This document shows positions 12,381-25,394 of a stretch of 64,000 bases of DNA, in pieces. The DNA comes from Octopus sinensis (taxonomy: Eukaryota). A model generated the notes under the pieces. The model did not search any database. It was not told where the DNA came from and saw only the letters and a list, made by a program, of their open reading frames with translations. Positions within the stretch are counted from its first letter, which is position 1. Every line of letters begins with the position of its first letter. Both the position numbers and the translations under genes were made by a program. Where the stretch lies: positions 168,082,001 to 168,146,000 of the forward strand of contig NC_042998.1 in the NCBI RefSeq assembly GCF_006345805.1. Direction: 5' to 3'.

Positions 12381-14469
12381 CAAGGATTTTAGCGAAGCAG
12401 TTCATTTGTTCGAAACACGAGATGAAAAAGAATTTTTTTATCATCTGTTTGAAGATATTGTATCAATAATAAATTGAAATTCAGAAGTTATAGTAGAAAA
12501 TCACATCCAAATAAGATAAAGACAAAATTAATTTGTCTGAAATTAATTCTACGAAAAATGAATAATGAATATTTCATGTAAGAAGCATTAAAAAGTTAAC
12601 TGAAGTTATTATGTTTTAAAAAATATAAAACAATAATTATGAATGACAAATATTTCTTCGGTAGATATGAGAGACAACAACGGACATTTTCGCTCTTATC
12701 ATTGTCTCATCAGTAGAATATAGGCTTTATAATACATTCCGAGGTAGTGACAGAACAATTACTAAGTTTATGTACATTGGCTGACGTAAAAAAAGCAGAT
12801 TTGCATAGAAAATAACACCTGCATGATAAATAATTAAGTTAGTGCTAACATTTAATGGAGAGAGCATTGAAAACCTTAATTATGCGATGTGAGAATCGTC
12901 ATTATGAGAAATTATTTTGGTTCTTAAATTTGGTTGAAAAACCAAATTATTCTCTGGAAGCTCAACTCATGCTGAAAATAAGTATCCTACGATATGTAAG
13001 CTTATACATAGGTACGAATATGTTTGTACATATGTGTGAATTATTTCTTTTCATTGCTACTTAAATTGTATATAAAACGAATGAAACCTCGAATTAGCAT
13101 TTGAACATTCTTCTCTGTCACTACAAACACGTCAGATAATATTATTTTGATAAAGCAGAAATTCGTTTTTCTCTGGGGGAGATATAGTCTTCATTATATT
13201 ATTAATACGCATATTATCAACTCTGGAAGTAGATGAAAGACAAAACTAATCCTAGTGGGATTTAACGAGGGAAAATAATGGAAGGCATTCTGTCAGATAC
13301 TACTATTCATTTTATCACTCGCCGTCGCACAACGTCTGAGAATATTATCAGCAAAAATAGCTGGGTGGCATAATTTTAATACTAAAGATGTTTCCTGCTA
13401 GGTTTAAAGGATTTGATTGATATCTCTAGAACAGAGAGTCGCAGCTGACCGTGTCAGTAGCGCTGGGCTAATATTTTCTAAACTGTAATTAAGGCTAGGA
13501 TGCTGTGTTGGCATATCCCACAAGAATCTCTTCTTTGCATTTTTTTCTTTTGTCTCGTAATGTGTATATCATTCATAATGTGTTATTTGACATGACACCT
13601 TATCACTGTTAGCACAATGAAAGTATGTACTTTATCTAATTAATCATAGATATGTATGATACTCAGTTATTTGTATGCCTATTAAAGTGAAGAATCTTAT
13701 CTTCGGAAGCAATCCATCGGTATTCCTTGGGAATGTTAATTTGTCGATGGTACATAATGTATTAGATTTCTTTTAATATTTATTTTTTTATATTTCAAGT
13801 ATTAACCAAAAAACCGAAGAAAAACAAAACAAAAGAAAAGTGTATAAACATATAAACGTGACCAAATATTAGTTTTTTTTTTACTAGGAAAAAAATTCCA
13901 TATAGCATGAGTAACGTTATTGCCTAATTTCTTAAGAATATTCCATGTGGATGTAAAGGTAAAATAGACTGAACAGGGAAGCAGCTCATAAATGGTGGGT
14001 CCCTGTGATTAAGTTTTGAGACTAGGGATTAAAGGTTTCCATATTCAAGATGAACTATTGGCCCTGTTGGCCGAAAGGCGCACATATCTGGTCAGTAACA
14101 TTCGTTTAACAATACTCTTAAATGAAAATTAAAAGTTAAAAGTTTTTTATATACTGCATGAATTCCACTTTTTACAAATGTCCATTTTTAATTAGAAAAA
14201 TGCTGCTACATTGTCGTAAGATCCAGTTCAGCAGGATTTCTTTTTCTTTAAATAAAGTACTGCTTTAATCTACGCCTTTGTTAAAAAATAATCTAAATTC
14301 AGATCATGAATGGTTAGTATACCACCAGACGAGTTTAAAATCTCTTACAATACTCGAGTTCCTTCGATGCAGTGAGCTGTTCTCATGAACCTCTATTGTG
14401 TAAACACTCTTCTAATGCAGGTAGAACACCTTGATTGCAAATTTCAATTTCAAATTTTAGCACAAGGCT

Positions 14470-14600
14470 CTCACAATCTTGGGGGAGGGAGTAAGGATGA
14501 AAGGCAAAGTCGACCTCTGTGGCATTTGAACTCTGAACGGGAAGACAGTCGAAATACCACTAAGTATTTTTACCCAGCGTGCAAACGATTCTGCTCTATT
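14470..14600 (-). mobile_element. SINE family C, diverged
   Basis: aaggatgaaaggcaaagtcgacctc..atttgaactc. Confidence 0.75.
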
Positions 14601-14817
14601 ACATGCTTTCATGCTCTCATGACAGTTTGTTAAGGATTAGCGATTAAAATTAATTCTGTATTAATACATGCTTACACTTCAAACGCTTTTGTGTGTTGTG
14701 TCATTTTTCAAATTTAGTAGTCCGCTCTCCTCTTAGTAAAAATTTTCTTTAAGCCTTCCCTTGTTGAAAATAATAAATACATATTAAGATATTTAGATAT
14801 GAATTTATTACTTTATC

Positions 14818-15012
14818 GTTAGCACGTGGGACAAAATGCTTAGCGGCATTTCTTCCGGAACTTTTCGTTCTGTGCTGAAATCCCACGGAGATCAACTTTG
14901 CCTTTCATCCTTTCGGGGTTGATAAAATAAGTAACAGCTGAGTACAAGGGTTAAGGCAATCGACTGTCCGTCGCCTCACCCCAAATTTCAGGTTGTGTGC
15001 CTATAGTAGAAA
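14818..15012 (+). mobile_element. SINE family C
   Basis: gttagcacg..aaaatgcttagcggcatttc..ctttgcctttcatcctttcgggg. Confidence 0.8.
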
Positions 15013-15675
15013 GAATTAATTTATTTACGTAATTTAATGTACTCATGTTCTGGATTAAAAATGAAAAAGAAACCAAAATATAACTATGAAATAATTTCCT
15101 CGTTGTTTACTATCAGTCATAACTGTTATTAATACAACAACCACTGACTAACTAATGCTTATGAGTATATAGGTGAGGAGTTTCTGACTAAACAGTTCAC
15201 CGTTAGCCATGTGCATAACTGTTTTAATTTGTCTTGATTAGAGGTTAATTACAGTCTTATAGTTGCACAGCTGGATTCTTCATTACCTGCTCACATATAA
15301 TTATATATCTGTACTATATATGAGTCGAAACATACGCAGACACAAACAGATATATGCTTCATATATTTCAAGTGTGTGCTTACATTGTAATTTATATAAA
15401 CAATTACACACGCACTAAAGTAATAGCTAATATATATATGTAAACAAATTGTTCTTTCCAATGTTATTGTTACTCATGATTCCTAATAGTACTTTATTAT
15501 AAAAATATAGAAGGATTTTTCTTTTATTATATACATCGAATGACGATGGAGGTCCTGTAGAGTAAAATAGGTATCAAAAGGGTCCATTGGCAAAAAATGG
15601 TTGAGAACCACTGGTTTATATTTATATTACATGCGATGGCTTCATGGATAACGGAGAGAAAAGGCGTAATACAGT

Positions 15676-15938
15676 AAATAATAAAATAAATGCACCCCTT
15701 TTAAAGCCTAGCCAGGCTCATGGGCACGGTTTCTCGGTTTCTATGGCGTATGTGTTCCCCAGCTTGATGGGACGCCAGTCCATCGCAGCGTTACTCATTT
15801 TTGCCAGCTGAGTGGACTGGAGCAACGTGAAATGAAGTGTTTTGCTCAAGAACACAACGCGTCGCCCGATCCAGGAATCGAAACCACAATCCTACGATCA
15901 TGATGCTGACACCCTAACCACTAAGCCACGCGCCGCCA
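15676..15938 (-). mobile_element. SINE with family-B head/core and a third tail type, 11-bp TSD
   Basis: TSD cgtaatacagt at 15665-15675 and 15939-15949; core shared with 47060-47170. Confidence 0.85.
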
Positions 15939-16107
15939 CGTAATACAGTTTTGGAAAAAAGAAATCGGACCTGCCCCAGTAACAACGGTTGCTCAGCATG
16001 GCAGCAGACAGGCGATAGTGTTGGAAGGGGACAAAATCAAATTGTAGTTGTTTCTGATCAACAGTAATCTACGAGGTTGTCACGCAAATGCAAACTGTAT
16101 GTTATAT

Positions 16108-16290
16108 GTGTGGGTGAGGTGGCAGGATCGTTAGCATGCCGGACAAAATGCTTAGCAGTATTTGGTCCGTCTTTATGTTCCGATTTCAAATTCTGCCGAG
16201 GTCGACTTTACCTTTCATCCCTTCGGGAGAGATAAAAATAAGTACTAGTTGAGCTCTGGGGTCGGCGTAATCGACTTACACTCCTCTGAA
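16108..16290 (+). mobile_element. SINE family C
   Basis: Matches other copies. Confidence 0.8.
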
Positions 16291-16306
16291 CACTGTGTGT
16301 GTGTGT

Positions 16307-16346
<40 letters not shown>

Positions 16347-16667
16347 TGTGGGTGTGTAACGGGCTTCTATCAATTTCCATCAATCAAATCCACTGACAAT
16401 GCTTGGATTGACCCGGGGATTTTGAACAGAACACTTGATTTCGTTTTTAGCTCGTTTGTTTTCGTATTTCGTGTTGCTTATACAGATAGTGACGTCCTGT
16501 ACCCATATATGCATATAATATACTCTTTTCTTCCACCATCCTTCTCTAATTCCCTTTTCTCACCTTCACCGTTTTATATTTGTCTCTCTCTCCTTTCTTT
16601 CTCTTTCTCTCTCTCTTTCTCATTGCTCACACGTGATCGTCGTCCATCTTTCTTTCCTCACGTGACC

Positions 16668-16895
16668 TATTTCTTTATTACCCACAAGGGGCTAAACATA
16701 GAGGGGACAAACAAGGACAGACATAGGTATTAAGTCGATTACATCGACCCCAGAGCGTCACTGGTACTTAATTTATCGACCCCGAAAGGATGAAAGGCAA
16801 AGTCGGCCTCGGCGGAATTTGAACTCAGAACGTAGCGGCAGACGAAATACGGCTACGCATTTCGCCCGGCGCGCTAACGTGTCTGCCAGCTCGCT
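16668..16895 (-). mobile_element. SINE family C, well conserved
   Basis: Antisense to 40045-40275. Confidence 0.85.
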
Positions 16896-17169
16896 TTCTT
16901 TTCCTGCACGGACGTTCAAAGGACTGAACGTTTTCTTTCTTTCTTCTATCTTTTCTCTTTTCAAAGAAGATATTTCTCTCAGCGTTTACTATTTACCTCT
17001 CGTTCTAGTCTAACGACCCTCCATGTTTGTTTCCGTTCGGTTTCCTCATATATCTCCACTGTTCTGTTTTAGCTCCCAACTTTGACCCTCCATAAATCCT
17101 AAATTTTATTTTGGAATTTATGGGAACAACTGTCTTTGAAGACTCATATTGTTGTTCAATGCTCGAAAT

Positions 17170-17330
17170 GAGGAATAGATAAACAGCCGACAGCTGATGA
17201 AGGGTCGTTCTCTGTGCTTGTCCTGTTCTCCATTTTTACTCTCGTTGTTTGCGTATTTAACTCGTTTGTTTTCATATTTCATGTTGTTTATACCGTTGGT
17301 GACGTCCTGTACCCATACATGCATATATAT
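17170..17330 (+). mobile_element. Penelope-like remnant (related copies at 16440-16520 and, antisense, 40960-41040)
   Basis: Shared gtgacgtcctgtacccata.atgcat motif; starts with ctgatgaagg. Confidence 0.4.
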
Positions 17331-17487
17331 ACGACGGGATTCTTTCAGTTTCCGTCTACCAAATCCAATCACAAGCCTCTAGTCGATGTGAGGCTGTACT
17401 AGAAGACATTTGGCCAAGGTGCTACGCAGTGGGACTGAACACCGAACCATGTGGTTGGGAAGCAAGCGTCTTACCACACAGCCTCAC
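17331..17487 (-). mobile_element. SINE family D, 5' half
   Basis: Antisense head match. Confidence 0.8.
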
Positions 17488-17578
17488 CAACCATCATCTA
17501 CGTATATATGTAAGCATGTATCTAAATATGTATGTACGGAGAAGAAAGTTTGCAAACTTGAACTTGTGAAAATAAGAA

Positions 17579-17613
17579 TCCTGACGTTTCGAGGCAATGC
17601 CTTCATCAGAAGA
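17579..17613 (-). ncRNA. Minimal type I hammerhead-ribozyme-like motif (Penelope type)
   Basis: UUCUU-CUGAUGA-AGGC-AUU-GCCU-C-GAAA-CG-UC-AGGA. Confidence 0.5.
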
Positions 17614-17861
17614 AAAAAAACCTTATCTTTCAATCGTTGTGAACGTAGATTATTCTAAATGTCTTTTACAGAGAAAGATCTCCGAAAGATTACTCGGACT
17701 CTGAATCTAGCTGCCCCTATATGCGAGTCTGTATGTGTGTGTGTGTGTGTGTGAGTGTGTGTGTGTGTGTGTGAGTGTTGGTGTGTGTGTATAGTGACAC
17801 ACACGAAACACACGTATACACATATAATTTTGCATGTTTGCATATTAGTATATGTATAGAA

Positions 17862-18132
17862 TTCCGGCAGGGGTGGTGGTGATCCCTGCTGTACTCTTTC
17901 ACCACAACTTTCTCTCACTCTTACTTCCTGTTTCTGTTGTACCTGTATTTCAAAGGGCCGGCCTTGTCACTCTCTGTGTCACGCTGAATATCCCCCGAGA
18001 ACTACGTTAAGGGTACACGTGTCTGTGGAGTGCTCAGCCACTTACACGTTAATTTCACGAGCAGGCTGTTCCGTTGATCGGATCAACGGGAACCCTCGTC
18101 GTCGTAACCGACGGAGTGCTTCCATTCCATAA
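17862..18132 (+). mobile_element. 5'-truncated SINE family A
   Basis: Near-identical to 6985-7246; TSD gtatagaa at 17854-17861 and 18133-18140. Confidence 0.9.
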
Positions 18133-18399
18133 GTATAGAAATTTCAAAACGGTACATACATACACATATAATTGCGTGCACGTGTCAAGAGTATTTATTT
18201 GTATGTCCATTAGAATGTGTTCAGTTTGTTTTAAATAATGCTAAGTATTTATAAATATATATGGTAAATGTATAAAACTTAAGTTGTTAATGCAGTGCTG
18301 AGTTTGTCGTTTAGGGAAACATTTCGAAAGAGAAATACCCAAGTCTTTATTTCTCACGGTGTCGCCTTCAAGGTTATGGTTACGGCAATCAAATAAAGA

Positions 18400-18981
18400 A
18401 GAGAAGGAAAGAAGGTAAAGAGAGAGAAAGAGAGATAAGGAGAGAAAAAGAGATAATAAGGTGGAGAGAAAGTGTGTATCAGAATGAGGGAGATAAATAA
18501 AAAGTAAGAAAGTAATATGTATTTTGTACTAAAGAGTTTTTTATTTGAAATAAATGATACTAAAGAGCGAGTGAAGAAAAGAGAACTGTAGTGTCATTTA
18601 TAATGATGAATACACTGAGGAGTTAAGTGTTAAGGTTAAGTGATGACAAAGAAACGGAAAACATGAGAGCAAGATGGGAAAGATGGGAGAGAAAGAGAGA
18701 GATAGAGAGAAAGAGAGAGACAAACAGACAGAGAGACAGACAGACAGACAGATAGCCAGCCAGACAGACAGACAGAAAGAAAGAAAGAAAGAAAGAAAGA
18801 GAAACTACTTGAATAAGGTAAGAATGAAATATGGTGAAAATTTAACAAGAGTAATTTATTCAATTGAATGAGAAAGTAAAGAGGGAAAAACAAAGAAAAG
18901 GAAAGGGTGAGAGTCATGGAGACAGGGAGGGAGAAAGAGCGATGAAAAGAGATGAACTTGGAGAGGAACAGAGAGTGAAAG

Positions 18982-19022
<41 letters not shown>

Positions 19023-19190
19023 AAGCTATTCAGAGAAATAGTAAAACTAATACCTAAGAAACATAACCAAAAAAGAGACAGTGGATTAATGATAAGGAGT
19101 AGAAAAATAATAAGAGGTGCGACTGAGATGGCGGGATTAATGCGTGTAATTAACAAACGAGATAGTGAAGGAGAGAGAGAGGGGGGGGAG
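18400..19190 (+). repeat. Purine-rich (GA/GAAA/GACA) low-complexity tract
   Basis: Directly visible. Confidence 0.85.
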
Positions 19191-19411
19191 AAATTTTCAA
19201 AGTATCATTTGCGGTGACGTCAAAATAATGCGTCATTAGAGAGTTTATCGTTTGTCATAACTCTTAAGTGAATTGAAAACGGAAAGACTTAAGTGTCGAT
19301 TAAACATAACAGAATAAGTGTAAACGACTTGAAGAATGGCTGCTATGCGCAATGTGCAACTGAGGGATGAGAAAGGTGTAGTCTGGTATTTATTGATTAA
19401 ATCAATAAATG

Positions 19412-19890
19412 CAGGGCCGTTTTAGAAGCATTGTGGGCCCCTGGATAAATCAATGCGTTGGGCTTGGACCGTCTTAGCAACATTACAGGCCCCTAGGGAA
19501 ACCAATGCTCTAGACCCTATATATATTTATTCACATCAAGCTACAGCATACATAGATCAGAACAGAGTTCTTCCCATGATGATCCGAGCAAATCAATGCA
19601 CTAAGCATCTATGTTTAATTTATTCATAGCAAGCTATAGCATACATAGGTTAGAATTGGGCTCTCAGACCAGTGAGGGCCCAGGCAAATCAATGTACTTA
19701 TTTATTGACAGCAACCCACAACGGAGATAGGTCTTAATTAAGCATCTAGGTCCGTGGAGTCCCTGGACAACTACCCAGTATACCATTACTTTAGACGGCG
19801 AGCAATTGACCCTAAACCATTCATTTATTGACAGCAGACAGCAGCTTATATAGAACAGAATTGGACCGTTAGGCCCAATGTACCTGTGTC
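19412..19890. mobile_element. Decayed element with internal degenerate repeats, possibly an hAT-type MITE
   Basis: Starts cagggccg; recurring gggccc..aaatcaatgc and ttatt..caagcta.agcatacatag..agaa units. Confidence 0.35.
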
Positions 19891-19967
19891 TTTAAACGAT
19901 TTTGAATAAAGACGAGGCTGGTGTTTTGACCGCAGAAGTAAGAAAGGTAAAGTCGACTTCGATTAAG

Positions 19968-20163
19968 TTTGTGTGTGTACCGCATCCCGAAACGCTTGTT
20001 GGCTTGTTTACTCTCTCGTGACTTAGCGGTTCAACAAAAGAGAGATAAAAGTACCGAACTTTAAAAAGGAAAAATAAATGCTGAAATCGATTTTTTCGAC
20101 CAAACCCTTCAAGGCAGTGCTCTAGCATGTCCGCAATCCAATGACGGCAACAAGTAAAAGATA
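19968..20163 (+). mobile_element. SINE family D, 3' half
   Basis: Tail match. Confidence 0.75.
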
Positions 20164-20170
20164 AAATATA

Positions 20171-20527
20171 TCTTTATATATAAAAGAAAGGTTGTGTGTC
20201 TGTCTACTCCGATTTAGATTCCTAACTACTCCCACATTTTGCGGTGCAGTTTAACCAAAACCGGGTATTAGCGCGCGTCTACGATGAGTCTACGATTTTA
20301 AAAATAATTTACCATCATTTTTTTCCATTTTAATGCATATTTTTTTTAAATATAAGGAAAGTAACTCTCTAAAAATGTCTACGATAAGTCAACGATTTAA
20401 AAAAAAATTTACCATTATTTTTTTTTCCATTTTTAATGCATTTTTTGCTATATTTTGGCTATAACACTCTAAAAATCTTTATAGTTATTTCCCTTAAAAC
20501 CCGAGCAACGCCGGGCGATACTGCTAG
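20171..20527 (+). mobile_element. Non-autonomous Helitron
   Basis: 5' TC, 3' hairpin cccgagcaacgccggg then CTAG, inserted between A and T; internal tandem repeat of about 95 bp. Confidence 0.85.
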
Positions 20528-20744
20528 TAAGATATAATTAGATAAGAAAATGTTCAATAAGAGTTCAGCTTAGATTTCAATTGATTTTTCTTCCAACAAC
20601 AATCTTAATAGTATTTCTGAGCATACTACGATCAGTGTTGTTGTTGTTGTTGTTGTTGTTGCTGGTAGTGGTGGTGGTGCTGCCGCTGCTGCTGGTAGTG
20701 TTGGTGGTGGAACCGATAGAGCTAACGATATGAGGTTTTCCCTC

Positions 20745-20965
20745 TGGCAGACACGTTAGCGCGCCGGGCGAAATGCTTAGCGGTATTTCGTCTGCCGTTA
20801 CGTTGTGAGTTCAAATTCCGCCGAGGTCGACTTTGCCTTTCATCCTTTCGGGGTCGATAAATAAAGTACCAGTTTCGCACTGGGGGCGATATAATCGACT
20901 CAATCCCTTCGTCTGTCTTTGTTTGTCCCCTCTATGTTTAGCCCCTTCTGGGCAGTAAAGAAATA
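20745..20965 (+). mobile_element. SINE family C
   Basis: Matches other copies. Confidence 0.85.
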
Positions 20966-21119
20966 TATACCATAGAGCGACCGCGTAGAAGTACGTGAGG
21001 ATACCAAAGGTTTTATTTATTTATTTCTTTTTGGTATTTAAACAAAAAAAAAAAAAGATAAACTACAAAACAAACAAAAAGCGTGACTTGTGTACCATGA
21101 TGATGTGGCAGCTGATTAA

Positions 21120-21266
21120 ATACATATATGTCCACACACACACACACAATCCACAACGATAAGTACACTCAAACACACACATACACACTCACACACACAC
21201 ACACAGCCATAAGTATATATGAATAGATATGCATACTCAAAAGCCCAAAGACATGTATGTGTGTGC

Positions 21267-21344
<78 letters not shown>

Positions 21345-21567
21345 TGCATATATACACACACATCACATACGCGTGCGTGTAGACACACACATATGAATTA
21401 TACATAAGCAAAAACAAATACATATCTCTGTGCATAAAGTGGTTCAAAGTTATATACGTGTGTGTGAGTATATATGTATGTATATATGTGTACACGTATA
21501 TAAATATACACACATATATAATATATATATATGTGTGTGTAATATATATATATATATATATATATTG

Positions 21568-21621
<54 letters not shown>

Positions 21622-21725
21622 ATATATACATGTACGTATGTTAATGGGTGTATATGTTGAGAGAAAGAGAAAGAGTGCATGAAAAAGTGTGTTGTGCTTT
21701 TGTTCTGTTGAACAATTGATGTAGC

Positions 21726-21813
<88 letters not shown>

Positions 21814-21815
21814 GC
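21120..21815. repeat. (CA)/(TA)/(GATA) compound microsatellites
   Basis: Directly visible. Confidence 0.9.
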
Positions 21816-22424
21816 GAGAGTGAGAGAGATCCAAACATACATATATACATACATGCATCAATGCATTTCTATGCATAACCACATGTACAATCAGATAAGT
21901 AATTTTGTTTGTTTTGTATATAAATAAATCTGTATATTTGTGTGCGTGCATGTGTGTGTTTGTGTATGTGTAGCTACATATGTACGTGCGCGTGCGCGCG
22001 TACACAACAATAGTGAAAGTAAGAAAGTATTCAATGGTTTAAAAACTAAACTATCATACATGAAAGACCATCTATTTCGAATCATGTTACATGCCAAACG
22101 GCTTCGTTGCATCAGCTTCTACCACCAACATATGGTATGGATACATTTGAACCTCTTTGTTGTGAGAGGATTTTTTTTTTCTGTCAGCCTATAAACCGTT
22201 GGAGATTTCCCTTTTTTTATGTTATGGTGTCAAGTTTTACAGAGATCAAAAGAAAGAATAAGATATTTTATTTCTTCGCTGCCTATATAAACTTTATGTT
22301 GCATCGATCATTATACACACTTAACAGAAAAAGAGTGATGTCTGGTCCCTAAAATAAGAAATAGACTAAAATCAGGGTTTTGTTGGCTGAATTTCAAAAG
22401 TTAGGGTGTTCCTTTATTACTACA

Positions 22425-22793
22425 GGCACAAGGCCTGAAATCTTTTCGTGGAGTGGGGAATTATTAATTGTATCAACCTCAGTGCTAAGCTGATATTTAT
22501 TTTATCGATACCGAAGGGATGAAAGGCAGAATCGACTTCGGCGGCATTTGAACACTGAAATTAAACACGGACGAAATACTGCTATCGGTCTCTTATATAC
22601 AACTGCTAAGTTAGAGGGACGTAAACAAACCAATACAGGATGTCAAGTGGTGTGGGGGAACTGACAGAAACACAAAGACATACACACAGATATATATAGA
22701 CACACATATAGACAGACGGTCAGACAGACAGGCAGACAGGCAGACAGGCAGACAGGCAGACAGGCAGGCAGACAGGCAGACAAACAGACAGAC

Positions 22794-22886
<93 letters not shown>

Positions 22887-23046
22887 CGACGGGTTTTCGC
22901 AAGGTTTCTGTTTACCAAATTCATTTACAAGGCATTGGTCAACCAGGGTCTATAATAGAAGACACTTTAGGTGCCGCACAGTTGGACTGGACGTAAGTTC
23001 AGTCCCACTGTTGCAAAACCATCTTCTAAACAACACTATCATGCCT
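22425..23046 (-). mobile_element. SINE C (22425-22585) abutting SINE D (22585-23046) with an internal GATA/GGCA array
   Basis: Antisense matches to other copies. Confidence 0.75.
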
Positions 23047-23751
23047 ACAAGTAAAATGGTAGCACTCGATTCTGTATTTCTGCAACTAAATTATATCTAC
23101 AACATAACAGGAAAAAATGTCTCAGGGAAGATTTTACAAACACATTACAAACCCAGTAGTTTGTCTCAACTGTTATGGTATGTGATGAGTTGGTAATGTT
23201 CGATTAATTGAGTTTGTTTAAGTAGGAAGCAAAATCTCCTTCTACAAATGTTTAGAACTTACAGCGACAAGTAATCTGGACGAAAAACTGTCAAATAACA
23301 ATCAATATTTCCTTGTTGCCACTGAGATATTCTTATATTAGCTTTGACATAGTTGATACATAGATACATACATACATACATACATACATACATGCATGCA
23401 TACATACATACATACATACATACATACATACATACATACATGCATACATGCATGCATACATACATATATACACATGCATATAATACATATACATATGTGT
23501 GTGTGTGTGCATGTATGTATGTGTATAGATAAATATATATACTGGTAGATATGTGTGTGTATATATGTGTGTGTTTGTATACATATACACCTATATGTAT
23601 ATATGTGTGAATATTTATATATATTTATATGTACGTATATACACACTGATATTTCTATACGTATAACCACACACACACGCACTCATACATACACATATAT
23701 ACACACATACATGCATACATACAAATATATATATGCGTGTGTGTGTGTGTT

Positions 23752-23798
<47 letters not shown>

Positions 23799-24139
23799 TT
23801 TACTCAAAATCCATATGCTTCTCTGCAACAAATAATATCATGAAATCCAAGTCAACATCTTGTGTGGTCTTAAGGCTTGGTCAGTCTGTAAACATAACGC
23901 ACCTATGGAAACAGGAAAACATTTTCAGTGGAAGAAATTGTACAAGTAGACGAGAAACGTAAACAAGATGGCCTCTTCCGTTTTCTGGTTGAATACTCTT
24001 TTCTGGTTGAATACCGTTCAGTTGCTAGATATCGTCAAATTCCTGTAGTCAAGTACGCTTTCATGTTCACAAATACGTCTACACAGAAATGACTGTCACT
24101 TACTCTAACGTGTATCCCATTGCGGTAGCTCTCAGTGTA

Positions 24140-24520
24140 GACATTATATTTCAACTTTGGCATGTTCGAGTCATTGGACTGCGCCCATTCTGGGGCAACG
24201 CTGTGTAGGGGCTTCATCAAATAAACTAAGGGCAGTATTATATTCAAAACCTTGGTAATTCTGTTATCGGTCTCTAAGTTACGAGGACGTAAACTTTCCA
24301 ACACCGATTGTCAAGCGATGGTGGTAGGACAAACACTAACAGAAAAATGAACATAAATAGACATATGCATATATCCAACGGGATTCTTTCAGTTTCCATC
24401 TACTAAAGCCAGTCATCCGGGACTATAGTTGAAGACGCCCAAGTGCTGCACAGTGGAACTGACCTCGAAAACATTTGGTTGGAAAGCAAACTTCTTACTA
24501 CACATCATCGCTTGCATCTG
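24140..24520 (-). mobile_element. SINE family D, diverged
   Basis: Tail ttgccccagaatgggcgcagtccaatgactcgaac resembles the family tail gtgccccagcatggccgcagtc..aatgactgaaac. Confidence 0.75.
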
Positions 24521-24599
24521 TAACAGACGGTAAGATTTGATGGAGAGAAATCTGTCTTCAACTAAATCCTCGGAAATCTGTCTTCTACTAAAGACGTAA

Positions 24600-24623
24600 A
24601 CTGAGAGAAACTTGTCGTGTGTA

Positions 24624-24654
<31 letters not shown>

Positions 24655-24930
24655 GCGTGTGTGTGAGTGAGAGAGTGTGTGTGTGTGTTTGCATGTGTGT
24701 GTGTGTGAGTGTGTGTGTATGTGTGTGTGTGTGCCTTTGTCCTCCATCACCGCTTAACAACCGGTGTTGGTGTGTTCACGTCCCCGTAACTTAGCAATTC
24801 GGCCAAAGAGATCATAGAAAAATACCTGGCTTTAAAAGAGTACTAGGGTCGATTCATTCGACTAAAAAATTCTTCGAGGCGGTGCCTTAGCATGGCTGCA
24901 GTCTAATGTTTCAAACAAAAGATAAAAGAT
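24600..24930 (+). mobile_element. SINE family D, 3' half
   Basis: Tail match. Confidence 0.8.
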
Positions 24931-24981
24931 TACATGTATTATATATACGATATGCTATACATATCTCTTATATATATATAT

Positions 24982-25296
24982 CACCGTGATCACCGTTACC
25001 GACCAGACCATCAGATGTTGCTACACATTGCTGGTCACAATGCGCTTCGCATTGTTTTAGCCTTCAAATTACGCCACTCCTCTGGCTAAGCGAGCAGGCC
25101 AACAGAAGAAAGATTGAGAGAAAGTCGTGGCGAAAGAGTACAGCAGGGATCGCCCCCCCCCCGCCCCCTGCCGGAGCCTCGTGGAGCTTTAGGTGTTTTC
25201 GCTCAATAAACATTCACAACACTCGATCTGGGAATCTAAACCGTAATCCAACAACCGCGAGTCCGCTGCCCTAACCACTGGGCCATTGCGCGTCCA
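24982..25296 (-). mobile_element. SINE with family-A head and an alternative tail
   Basis: 25130-25296 is antisense to 6861-7030; 24982-25120 is unrelated to the 7070-7246 tail. Confidence 0.85.
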
Positions 25297-25355
25297 CACA
25301 CACACGCATACACACACCACACAATATATTAATATATATAAATATATATATATAC

Positions 25356-25393
<38 letters not shown>

Positions 25394-25394
25394 G

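Noticed and set aside
12680-12713. CUGAUGA..GAAA on the minus strand
   Set aside because: No stem II or stem I pairing.
24104-24225. Apparent exon YLMKPLHSVAPEWAQSNDSNMPKLKYNVYTESYRNGIHVR with a GTAAGT donor
   Set aside because: Its first ~75 nt align with the SINE-D tail (gtgccccagcatggccgcagtc..aatgactgaaac), so it is at most an exonised SINE.
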